Source of the DNA: an uncultured Victivallales bacterium
GTDB taxonomy: Bacteria; Verrucomicrobiota; Kiritimatiellia; UBA8416
Direction: 5' to 3'
DNA: 64,000 bases
Assembly: GCA_964576795.1 (NCBI GenBank)
Contig: CAZNWT010000001.1
Location: 56,697 to 120,696, forward strand
Below the pieces are notes generated by a model. That model saw only the letters and a list, made by a program, of their open reading frames with translations, searched no databases and was not told the origin of the DNA. Position 1 is the stretch's first letter; each line of letters starts with the position of its first letter. The translations under genes and the position numbers were made by a program. Below are positions 44,084-52,679 of this stretch, one piece after another.

Positions 44084-46492
44084 TCAGCCTTCTCGAATAT
44101 CAACACTTAACTTTCGCTTCAAAGCATCCTTGATGGCCTCATGATACCCATTAGCATCTTCATCCGTCAAGGTACGCTCAAAAGAACGATATGTAAGGGA
44201 GTACGCAAGGCTCTTAGCACCTTGTTTCACCCCTTCACCAGTGAATATATCAAAGAGATCTATACCTGTCAACTCAGGGGGGGCAGCTTCGCGGATCACC
44301 TTCAAAATATCACAATGGGAGACAGTTTGATCAACCGCAATTGCCACATCACGACTAATCGCTGGATATTGTGGAATCAATTGGCAAACAGGCGTCGTGA
44401 ATACCGAGTCAAGAAGCGGGTCAACAGAGATCTCCACGAACGCGACAGGCTCAGCCATTCGATGCCGATGCCGTAGATCCTTACGCAAGAGACCCAAAAT
44501 ACCAATGGGGTTTCCATCTACATGAATCGTGACGGCTTCCCCTGGCTCGCAATAGGGGTGATCAACCCCTGTAAAGGTTGGCACGCCCCGTAGGCGCTGT
44601 GCAGAGAACAGGCCCTCCACAATGCCTTTTGCCCGGAGAAATACATCATCGGGCTTAACGCTACGGCGCTTATCCAAAGCACCGCAGCCAATCTTTCCCA
44701 TAACGCCAAGACAGACGCGATCCTCTTCACACACACTGCCAGTGTCATCCTTCCAAAAGACTTTTCCAATTTCAAAGAGGGCTGCATCCGTGATCTGCCG
44801 TGAGTGATTCCGCCCCAGACACTCCACCATCTGAGGCGCCAATGAATTCCGCATCACGCCATGATCAGCACTCACGGGGTTCGGCAACACGACCCGACTT
44901 GCCCGATCTTGATCCGTAAACGCATCCAGAAGCGATTCGGCAACAAAGCTATAACTCATGATTTCAGAAAGCCCCAAGCCAATCAGGTTATTACGACACA
45001 CAAAAAGGGCACGCGCACGAGAATCGTTAGCCTCTGGAACCACTTTAGCCTGCGGAACAATATCGGGAACATGAGCAAAAGCATACATCCGCGCAATTTC
45101 CTCGACGAGATCCGCCTCAATATCAAGATCCAAGCGAAACGCGGGAACCTCAACGCTGACGTGTGTCGAGGTCTGCTCAACAACGGGGATCATGAGCGAC
45201 TCAAAGATGGAAACCACCCTCTCCTGCTCGACGGATACCCCAAGAAGCTTATTCATGCGGGCCAAATCAAGTTTGATTTGACGGGGTTGACGTTTGGTGG
45301 GGTAGACATCGACCATGCCAGCGGCCACAGTGGCTCCCGCCAACATCTGCATTAACTGGGCGGCTCGATTGCTGGCCCAATCCACAGTCTCAACATTTAC
45401 ACCACGCTCAAAACGATGCGAGGACTCTGTCGAAAGCGAAAGTGACGATGCTGTGCGATGAATCTGTCGCGGATCAAAACACGCGCTTTCCAGTACAACC
45501 GTCTTCGTATCGCTGTGGATCTCGCTGCCAGCACCGCCCATAATCCCGGCCACTGCTACAGGCTTCTCTGCATCCGCAATAACCAACATCTCGGAAGCCA
45601 ACACACGATCAACCCCGTCAAGAGTAGCCATGACCTCACCCGCGCTGGCGCCTCGCACCACAATGCTTTTTTCAGTCAACAGGGAGTGATCAAAGGCATG
45701 AAGCGGATGCCCGCATTCAAGCATGACATAGTTAGTGACATCGACCACATTGCTAATCGGGCGCACGCCACACATTGTCAGTCGCCGCTGCATCCAAAGC
45801 GGACTTGGCCCAATATCAATATTCGTCAGGGCACGCGCCGTATAGCGCGGGCAGCCAACAGCATCCTCAACAGAAACGGAGACAAAATCGGAAACGGATG
45901 TGGAACTCTCAGAAACGGCGACCTCAGGAAGTTTCAGCGTCTTTCCGTAGAGCGCCGCAAATTCGCGGGCAACACCAATGATGCTAAGACAATCGGGACG
46001 ATTCCATGTGATTTCGAGCTCAAGCACCGTGTCAGGGGGGCCTAAAATTTCAGCCAACGGCGTGCCGGCAGCCGTATCACGGGGCAGAATCATAATTCCG
46101 TCATGCTCATCCGAAATTCCGAGCTCGTCCTCCGCACAAAGCATACCGAAAGACAGCTCTCCACGAATTTTTGCTTTCTTGATCTTAAAATCACCGGGAA
46201 GCACAACCCCCACGCCAGCAAAAGGGGCTTTATCTCCCACTTTAAAATTAGTGGCACCGCAAACCACTTGAAGCTCTTCGCTCCCATTAAAGACACGACA
46301 CAGACGCAAACGATCAGCGCCGGGATGGGCTTCAACATGGCGCACTTCACCAACAACAACGCCCGCGTAATCACTACCAACTGCAGCAATGCCCTCGACC
46401 TCAATACCCGAGAACGTCAGCTTGTCCGCAAGCTCCTCTGGAGTTGCATCAAGATCCACATACTCGCGTAACCAGCTAATGGGCACTTTCAT
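44084..46492 (-). CDS. pheT: Phenylalanine--tRNA ligase beta subunit
   Basis: MKVPISWLREYV, HPGADRL, VVCGA, TWNRPDCLS, NVVDVTNY, ESSHRFERG, C-terminal FDX-ACB domain. Confidence 0.98.
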   Translation of the reverse strand: MKVPISWLREYVDLDATPEELADKLTFSGIEVEGIAAVGSDYAGVVVGEVRHVEAHPGADRLRLCRVFNGSEELQVVCGATNFKVGDKAPFAGVGVVLPGDFKIKKAKIRGELSFGMLCAEDELGISDEHDGIMILPRDTAAGTPLAEILGPPDTVLELEITWNRPDCLSIIGVAREFAALYGKTLKLPEVAVSESSTSVSDFVSVSVEDAVGCPRYTARALTNIDIGPSPLWMQRRLTMCGVRPISNVVDVTNYVMLECGHPLHAFDHSLLTEKSIVVRGASAGEVMATLDGVDRVLASEMLVIADAEKPVAVAGIMGGAGSEIHSDTKTVVLESACFDPRQIHRTASSLSLSTESSHRFERGVNVETVDWASNRAAQLMQMLAGATVAAGMVDVYPTKRQPRQIKLDLARMNKLLGVSVEQERVVSIFESLMIPVVEQTSTHVSVEVPAFRLDLDIEADLVEEIARMYAFAHVPDIVPQAKVVPEANDSRARALFVCRNNLIGLGLSEIMSYSFVAESLLDAFTDQDRASRVVLPNPVSADHGVMRNSLAPQMVECLGRNHSRQITDAALFEIGKVFWKDDTGSVCEEDRVCLGVMGKIGCGALDKRRSVKPDDVFLRAKGIVEGLFSAQRLRGVPTFTGVDHPYCEPGEAVTIHVDGNPIGILGLLRKDLRHRHRMAEPVAFVEISVDPLLDSVFTTPVCQLIPQYPAISRDVAIAVDQTVSHCDILKVIREAAPPELTGIDLFDIFTGEGVKQGAKSLAYSLTYRSFERTLTDEDANGYHEAIKDALKRKLSVDIREG

Positions 46493-46545
46493 GGTACCAT
46501 CTCCTAATTCAAAAAATCGTTTCTTTCAAAAGCATTGGCCGCGTC

Positions 46546-46626
46546 ACGCGCTCCCGAATACGGGAAGCACGTCCTACAAGATTGTTGTTGTGTAGGACGG
46601 GCTTCCTCGTATTCGGGGAGCCCGTG
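46546..46626. repeat. GTAG-type REP doublet, family A, between pheS and pheT
   Basis: Inverted ACGCGCTCCCGAATACGGGAAGCACGTCCTAC then direct GTAGGACGGGCTTCCTCGTATTCGGGGAGCCCGT. Confidence 0.8.
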
Positions 46627-46655
46627 TTGACGGCTACACCATTGTTTAAACCTCT

Positions 46656-47678
46656 TTACCGAAACTGCGTCAAGAATCTGACATCATTATCATACAACAT
46701 CCGAATATCAGAAATACCGTACTTGATCATGGCAATGCGTTCGATCCCCATACCAAAAGCATATCCCGTTACCGCTTCGGCATCATAACCCACACGCTCA
46801 AAAACACGCGGATCCACCATGCCAGCACCCGCAATTTCAATCCACCCACTCTGCTTACAAACGCGACACCCCTTACCCAAACAGACATGACAGGTGAAAT
46901 CACATTCAACACTGGGTTCAGTGAAAGGGAAAAAATGAGGACGAAAACGAATATTGATATCCGGGCCCATCATCTGCTTTGCAAAATAGGCCAGTGTGCC
47001 TTTTAAATCCGCAAGCGAAACATCAGTATCGACATACAGGCCCTCAATCTGGTGAAAATTCGCACTATGCGTGGCATCCGTCGTATCGCGACGATAACAG
47101 CGGCCAGGCGTCACAATCCGAACCGGCGGCTTCTGCTTCTCCATAACACGAATCTGCACAGGGGAAGTCTGCGTGCGAAGCAATTCACCCGAATCCAGCC
47201 AGAAGGTATCCTGATTATCTAATGACGGGTGATAGTCGGGAGTGTTAAGCGCTTCAAAATTCCGGTATCCAGTCTCCACATCAGGACCTTCGGCAACCGT
47301 GAACCCAAGCCGACTAAAAATCCGAACCGCCTCCTCAATCACCAAAGAAATAGGGTGTGCGGTTCCACGAGTTTGCCAGCGCCCCGGCAACGTCACATCA
47401 AATGATGCCGCCGGCACTCCCGTCGGCGCACTCGACGTCAATGCCAATAGGCGATCGTCAAGCGCCGCATTCAGTGTATTCTTTAAAGCGTTGGCGCCCT
47501 GCCCCACTGCGGCACGATCCGACGGCGCGACATCCTTTAAGCTCTTCATAATCTGTGGCAACAGCCCTTTTCGCCCCAGATACTTGATGCGAACCGCCTC
47601 AACATCCTGAGCCGAAACCGCATCCCCTGCCGCCGCAATCGCTTCGCTCTTGATTGCCTCAATTTCTGCTACATTCAT
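46656..47678 (-). CDS. pheS: Phenylalanine--tRNA ligase alpha subunit
   Basis: YLGRKG, NFEALN, LLRTQTSPVQ, GRCYR, FHQIEG, FPFTEPS, GMGIERIAM. Confidence 0.98.
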   Translation of the reverse strand: MNVAEIEAIKSEAIAAAGDAVSAQDVEAVRIKYLGRKGLLPQIMKSLKDVAPSDRAAVGQGANALKNTLNAALDDRLLALTSSAPTGVPAASFDVTLPGRWQTRGTAHPISLVIEEAVRIFSRLGFTVAEGPDVETGYRNFEALNTPDYHPSLDNQDTFWLDSGELLRTQTSPVQIRVMEKQKPPVRIVTPGRCYRRDTTDATHSANFHQIEGLYVDTDVSLADLKGTLAYFAKQMMGPDINIRFRPHFFPFTEPSVECDFTCHVCLGKGCRVCKQSGWIEIAGAGMVDPRVFERVGYDAEAVTGYAFGMGIERIAMIKYGISDIRMLYDNDVRFLTQFR

Positions 47679-47694
47679 GACTCCCTCTCGACAC

Positions 47695-47725
47695 AAAAAA
47701 AGGCCATCTCAAAAGATGGCCTTTT
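47695..47725 (-). terminator. Intrinsic terminator after rplT
   Basis: Stem GGCCATCT / AGATGGCC followed by a T7 run on the minus strand. Confidence 0.8.
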
Positions 47726-47742
47726 GGCTTGCACAGATTGCG

Positions 47743-48099
47743 CTATGCCAAGCCGGCCTTAGCCTGCTCGACAATCTTCGTAAAGCCTTCGGGATCGTGA
47801 ATGGCAATTTCAGAAAGCATCTTGCGATTCAATCCAACATTCGCCTTCGTCAAACCCTCTGTGAAACGACTGTACGTAATATCATTCAAACGACAGGCGG
47901 CAGAAAGACGGCTAATCCAAAGCCGACGATAGCTACGCTTCTTGTTTTTACGATGCGTGGTTGCCATACACATGGCGCGATCCACAGCTTCGGTTGCAGT
48001 GCGGAACAGTTTGCTACGCGCTCCGCGAAATCCCTTGGCGCGTTCAAGCACTCGCTTGCGACGCTGACGTGATGCAGGTGCATTGGTTGATCTTGGCAT
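47743..48099 (-). CDS. rplT: 50S ribosomal protein L20
   Basis: MPRS..AKGFRGARS, RRLWISRL, YSRF, LNRKMLSEIA. Confidence 0.98.
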   Translation of the reverse strand: MPRSTNAPASRQRRKRVLERAKGFRGARSKLFRTATEAVDRAMCMATTHRKNKKRSYRRLWISRLSAACRLNDITYSRFTEGLTKANVGLNRKMLSEIAIHDPEGFTKIVEQAKAGLA

Positions 48100-48123
48100 G
48101 ATTCTTCTCCAAAAAACAGTGTT

Positions 48124-48318
48124 CTACGAGGCAAGCAGCTTCTTGACGCGCTTGTTCTCCGAAGTGCTCAATATTCCGGCACTCCGCAAATTCCGTTTAC
48201 GCTTGCGAGACTTGCTGGACAGCAGATGTCCAGATCCCGCCTTCGAGTACTTCAGCTTCCCATTCGCCGTTACCTTGAACCGCTTGGCCGCTGCTTTATT
48301 TGTCTTGGTTTTAGGCAT
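48124..48318 (-). CDS. rpmI: 50S ribosomal protein L35
   Basis: [31 protein letters not shown]. Confidence 0.97.
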   Translation of the reverse strand: MPKTKTNKAAAKRFKVTANGKLKYSKAGSGHLLSSKSRKRKRNLRSAGILSTSENKRVKKLLAS

Positions 48319-48433
48319 ATCCAACCCGTCTTGATTTAAGTGATCGCCCACGAACTGAACGCGGCAAACCCCTGCGTTCTGCATGGAAAGGTTCGTACGC
48401 TATCGCAATCGCACGGGATCGTCCAGTGTTTTT

Positions 48434-48952
48434 TTAGCTCTTTCCTGAACGCACACCCAACATTGCCACAATCATACGCCCCACCCGCTTCGGCGCCATA
48501 TCCACAACACTGCAATCGGCACAGTCTTTTATGACCCGCTCAACAACCGCAAACCCAAGCTCACGATGGGCATTCTCACGACCACGGAAAGTCAAACTGA
48601 TCTTTACCTTATGCCCCTTTTTGAGAAATTTCTTCACATGACTTAGCTTCGTCTCGTAGTCGTGATCCCCGACATTTGGACGAAATTTAATTTCCTTAAC
48701 CGCATTTTGATGCTGGCTCTTACGCTGCTCACGCTGCTTTCGCCCCTGCTCGTAACGGAATTTCCCGTAGTCCATAAGACGGCACACCGGGGGCTTCGCA
48801 TCTGGGGATATTTCAACAAGATCCAAATTCTGATCCTGAGCAATTTTCATGGCCTCTCGTGTCTGCATGACACCAATCGGCTTACCATCGAGCCCATTCA
48901 AACGGACCTCTGGCACCCGGATCTTATGATTCAATCTGATGAACGAACGAAT
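48434..48952 (-). CDS. infC: Translation initiation factor IF-3, with a predicted AUU start
   Basis: NHKIRVPEVRL, LDLVEISP..PPVCRLMDYGK, KEIKFRP, FRGRE. GGGAGG (48964-48959), then 6 nt, then in-frame ATT at 48952. Confidence 0.96.
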   Translation of the reverse strand: MRSFIRLNHKIRVPEVRLNGLDGKPIGVMQTREAMKIAQDQNLDLVEISPDAKPPVCRLMDYGKFRYEQGRKQREQRKSQHQNAVKEIKFRPNVGDHDYETKLSHVKKFLKKGHKVKISLTFRGRENAHRELGFAVVERVIKDCADCSVVDMAPKRVGRMIVAMLGVRSGKS

Positions 48953-48963
48953 AATCGACCTCC

Positions 48964-50679
48964 CTATCCTTGCTGTTCTACTTCTTCCCGCAGACGCTCA
49001 ATAGCGGCATCCAACGTCATAACCGTTTGCTCGCCATCGCGACCGCGAAGGGCCACCGTATGGCTTTCCTGCTCATTCCCGCCCACAATCATCATGTACG
49101 GAACACGCTCATTGCGTGCCAATCGAATCTTAGCGCCAATCCGCTCAGAGCGACGATCCACAGCAACCCTAAAATCGAGTTCCCGTAGCTGTGTCGTAAT
49201 CTGATCGGCATAATCAAGCTGATCATCTGTGATGGGTAGCACCTTGATCTGCTCCGGAGCCAACCACATCGGAAATTTCCCACCGTAATGCTCCACGAGA
49301 ACAGCAAAGAAACGCTCAATGCTACCGAGCAAAGCGCGGTGTACCATATAGGGGCGATGATCACAACCATCCTCCCCCGTGTATTTTAGATCAAAACGCT
49401 CGGGTAAATTGAAATCAAATTGAATCGTGCCCATCTGCCACTCACGGCCAATTGCATCCTTAATCTTGAGGTCGATCTTGGGACCATAAAAAGCCCCCCC
49501 CCCTGCATCAACCTCATAGGCAATAGACTCCGACGTCAGCGCCTCCTTCAGAGATGCCGTGGCTTGATCCCAACGGGAGGCCTCACCAACGGCCTTTTCC
49601 GGACGGGTCGAAAGATAGGCCGTGACATCATCAAACCCAAAGGCCTTCAGCATGTTCAGCGCAAAGGTGACCGTTGTCTTGATCTCATCCTGAATCTTTT
49701 CCGGGGTACAGAAAATATGGGCATCATCCTGAGTAAATCCTCGTACGCGCAACAATCCGTGCAAAACACCGCTCTTCTCATAGCGATACACCGTGCCAAG
49801 TTCGGCCCACCTTAGCGGAAGCTCACGATAAGAGCGTTTGTGGCTCTTATAAACCTGAATATGAAACGGGCAATTCATCGGCTTGACGAAATAATCGTGA
49901 CCGTCCACATCCATCGGCGCGTACATATTTTCTTTGTAGAAATCCAAATGCCCAGACGTCTCCCACAACTCAGCGCGGCCAATATGCGGAGAATAAAGCA
50001 ACTCATAGCCCGAGCGAAAGTGCTCACGCCGCCAAAAATCTTCAATGATCGAACGGATCCGTGCACCGCGAGGATGCCAATGCACAAGCCCTGGACCCAC
50101 ATCCTCCTGAATGCTGAACAGGTCCATCTCCTTGCCAATCTTCCGATGATCGCGCTTCTTCGCCTCCTCAAGCCGCTTAAGAAGCACCTTCACCTGCTTT
50201 GGAGACTCTGCTGCAATTCCGTAAATGCGTTGCAACATCGGATTGGTCTCTTTACCGCGAAAATAGGACCCCGCTACTGAAGTCAGCTTGAACCCTCTAA
50301 TGTCCCGGGTGCTTTCCACATGGGGCCCACGGCACAAATCCAGAAAATCCGCGCAACGGTAAAAGGTAATGGTTTCCCCTTCGGGAATATCGGAGAGCCG
50401 TTCCAGCTTAAACTTCTGGCCGACGGCCTGAAGCATCTCAACCGCCTCTTCACGAGACACCTCGATACGTTCAAAAGGACTATTCTCCACCACGATTTCA
50501 GCCATTTTCGCTTCAATGGCCACAAAATCATCGGGAGTGAGGCGCTTCGGGAGGTCTACATCATAGTAGAAGCCACTATCGGTCGCCGGACCAATGTCCA
50601 ACTGGACATCGTCGTAAAGCCGACAAATTGCGGCTGCCATCACATGCGCCGTACTATGGCGCAGTCGTTCAAGATCCAA
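48964..50679 (-). CDS. thrS: Threonine--tRNA ligase, lacking the TGS domain
   Basis: LRHSTAHVMAAA, DLCRGPH, RDHRKIG, KPMNCP, RGFTQDDAHIFC, AFYGPKID. TTG start at 50679 with a GGGGAG RBS. Confidence 0.97.
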   Translation of the reverse strand: MDLERLRHSTAHVMAAAICRLYDDVQLDIGPATDSGFYYDVDLPKRLTPDDFVAIEAKMAEIVVENSPFERIEVSREEAVEMLQAVGQKFKLERLSDIPEGETITFYRCADFLDLCRGPHVESTRDIRGFKLTSVAGSYFRGKETNPMLQRIYGIAAESPKQVKVLLKRLEEAKKRDHRKIGKEMDLFSIQEDVGPGLVHWHPRGARIRSIIEDFWRREHFRSGYELLYSPHIGRAELWETSGHLDFYKENMYAPMDVDGHDYFVKPMNCPFHIQVYKSHKRSYRELPLRWAELGTVYRYEKSGVLHGLLRVRGFTQDDAHIFCTPEKIQDEIKTTVTFALNMLKAFGFDDVTAYLSTRPEKAVGEASRWDQATASLKEALTSESIAYEVDAGGGAFYGPKIDLKIKDAIGREWQMGTIQFDFNLPERFDLKYTGEDGCDHRPYMVHRALLGSIERFFAVLVEHYGGKFPMWLAPEQIKVLPITDDQLDYADQITTQLRELDFRVAVDRRSERIGAKIRLARNERVPYMMIVGGNEQESHTVALRGRDGEQTVMTLDAAIERLREEVEQQG

Positions 50680-50730
50680 TGCTAAGTCTCCCCAGTCCTG
50701 TATTTGCTCTAACGCACGAAAACATCGGGA

Positions 50731-50759
50731 AAAATAAGCGTTTTCGGCATAGGTGTCAA
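50731..50759 (-). promoter_or_regulatory. Sigma70 promoter of the thrS-infC-rpmI-rplT operon
   Basis: TTGACA (50759-50754), 17-nt spacer, TATTTT (50736-50731). Confidence 0.6.
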
Positions 50760-50892
50760 TGCTTGCGTTAGGCAATCGCATCTTAACTTTGAAACAGATT
50801 CAACTTTTTCCGGACAGGCTCACTTACTCAGTTACCCTTAAACGATAAACTTAACCGGATCCGTGGAGAGCAAATGTGCATAAGGGCCAATG

Positions 50893-50911
50893 AAAAAACC
50901 GGACGTTCCGG
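50893..50911 (-). terminator. Weak terminator candidate after the VWA gene
   Basis: 5-bp stem CCGGA / TCCGG followed by T6 on the minus strand. Confidence 0.35.
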
Positions 50912-50918
50912 AAAGGAT

Positions 50919-52679
50919 CTAAAAAAGGCTGCGCTTGTAGGGAATGGGCTCTTTGTAGCGCTTGGACATGCGGCGCAATTCATCCAACACCACCGCATCG
51001 CGACTTCGGGCATACTCACCTATTAGATGATAGATTTTCTGCTGTGCCCACTGCTCCCGGATGGTTTTATCCGAACTCTGATTCGATGGCGTTGACAAAG
51101 GAAGATCAAAAATGAGGTCACACGGGGTGTCGCCCGCTTGCCCCATTGCCTGAAAGACAAGCTTCGGCTCCCCGCGTCGATAGCGTCCGTAAAGTACCAA
51201 AGGTCGATCAAGGTAGAGGTTGCTCACCTGCCGGGGATATACCTCGCAGGAGAATCCTGAGGAGAATTGCAATCGCAAGTCTGCCAATACAGGGCGGCTA
51301 ATGCCCTGCATCACCGCCTCCGCACTTTCCGGAATATCCCAACGGCCCTTGGAAACAATGTCAACGTAGCCTTTGTTGCAATAGCTCAACAGATCGATTA
51401 GATAGCGGTTTGCCAGTTGCGAGGCCCCCATCGTAAACACAGAAATCTCACCTGCATTACGCCGGCTAAACTCGCCGATAATCTCCGAGCTGTCTGTCAG
51501 CCCCTTATTTGCAAGACCATCAGTAATCACAAATGCAATTACCGGACGCTCTGGGTTGTTTTCCAACATCAACAGATCCTGCATTGATGCAAAGAGATCG
51601 GTATAGCCCTCAGCCCGCATGCTTTTGATGTAAGCCTCGGCACGGGCCAGCGTCTCTGGTGTTTTCGTCACCCAGCTATCAAAACAGGTCTCTGTATGAT
51701 CCGCAAATTTGGCAATATTAAAACGATCCGATGGGCCAATGTGCGCGAGACAACGCAACAATCCGTCCCGGCAGAAATGGAGGCGCTGCTCAGACATGCT
51801 CGCCGAACAATCTTGCACCAGAATAATGTCCTTGGGTCTCACCGGCAGCAGCTCTTCTCCAGCGCGCTCAACTTCGAGTCTAAAATAGCCATACTCACGA
51901 TCACGCGAATACAGATAGGTTTCCACCCTCGCAGTCAACACCCGTTCGATCGGTTCCACATCAGTGACATCTTCCACCGTTTCCTGAAATAGCTCACGCG
52001 TTCCGCCAGGTGCCAAAGTCTCATCCACAGACTGCGGAACCTCTGATGCAACGCCACCATCCATGCCCCCCACAACCGCATCAACAATATCGGCAACGGA
52101 GGGGGGTGCCATGGGAAGTCCCCCAGACGTTTGCTCCAACGCGTCCGGCATTGCCGGCAATACAATATCGGGGGCATTTGGAACACGCTCAATAGCCAGA
52201 ATAACGCGCCGTTCAAGGCCAGGACGCACATCTCCCACCGCAATGTTCTCAATGGCCAGGATCGCTTGTCGCGGCTGCCATACACTTTGGACAGGAGAAG
52301 GAGTGGGCTCGGAAAGATTCTCCATTTCCCCAACCGAACTATCTTCTTCAAGCGCCGGAGGTACGGTTACCCCCTCTTCTGGAGCAACACGCATTTCATC
52401 CACAGCTTCAAGAAAGTTGGGAGCACCGACAGCACGCAGCGCAGTGAGAACTTGTTCCTCAACCTGTGGGGTCACCTCAACCGCCCCCAGCCGTACCGCT
52501 TCATACCGGCGAGGCGGATGCTCGACTGGCCCCCCGGAAATTTTCCCAAAGTTGACATATGAGGCAAGAATGACCAATCCCATGTGCACTAGAAAAGACA
52601 CCACTGCCGCCGCAACGGCCGCTGAAAAGTGTCCGTTACCAAAGGCAAACGGGGCGTCACGATCTGTTAGTTCTGCCAT
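50919..52679 (-). CDS. Membrane-anchored VWA-domain protein with a TonB-like N-terminal helix and Pro/Glu-rich linker
   Basis: TM AAVVSFLVHMGLVILA (S-x3-H), P/E-rich linker, MIDAS QDCSASM..GYTD..VITDG, C-terminal WAQQKI helix. Confidence 0.85.
   Translation of the reverse strand: MAELTDRDAPFAFGNGHFSAAVAAAVVSFLVHMGLVILASYVNFGKISGGPVEHPPRRYEAVRLGAVEVTPQVEEQVLTALRAVGAPNFLEAVDEMRVAPEEGVTVPPALEEDSSVGEMENLSEPTPSPVQSVWQPRQAILAIENIAVGDVRPGLERRVILAIERVPNAPDIVLPAMPDALEQTSGGLPMAPPSVADIVDAVVGGMDGGVASEVPQSVDETLAPGGTRELFQETVEDVTDVEPIERVLTARVETYLYSRDREYGYFRLEVERAGEELLPVRPKDIILVQDCSASMSEQRLHFCRDGLLRCLAHIGPSDRFNIAKFADHTETCFDSWVTKTPETLARAEAYIKSMRAEGYTDLFASMQDLLMLENNPERPVIAFVITDGLANKGLTDSSEIIGEFSRRNAGEISVFTMGASQLANRYLIDLLSYCNKGYVDIVSKGRWDIPESAEAVMQGISRPVLADLRLQFSSGFSCEVYPRQVSNLYLDRPLVLYGRYRRGEPKLVFQAMGQAGDTPCDLIFDLPLSTPSNQSSDKTIREQWAQQKIYHLIGEYARSRDAVVLDELRRMSKRYKEPIPYKRSLF

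Noticed and set aside
49494-49503. G10 tract in thrS as a phase-variation site
   Set aside because: thrS is essential and the tract encodes the conserved GGGAFYGPK region. It serves only as a control for the tract in the GT2 gene.
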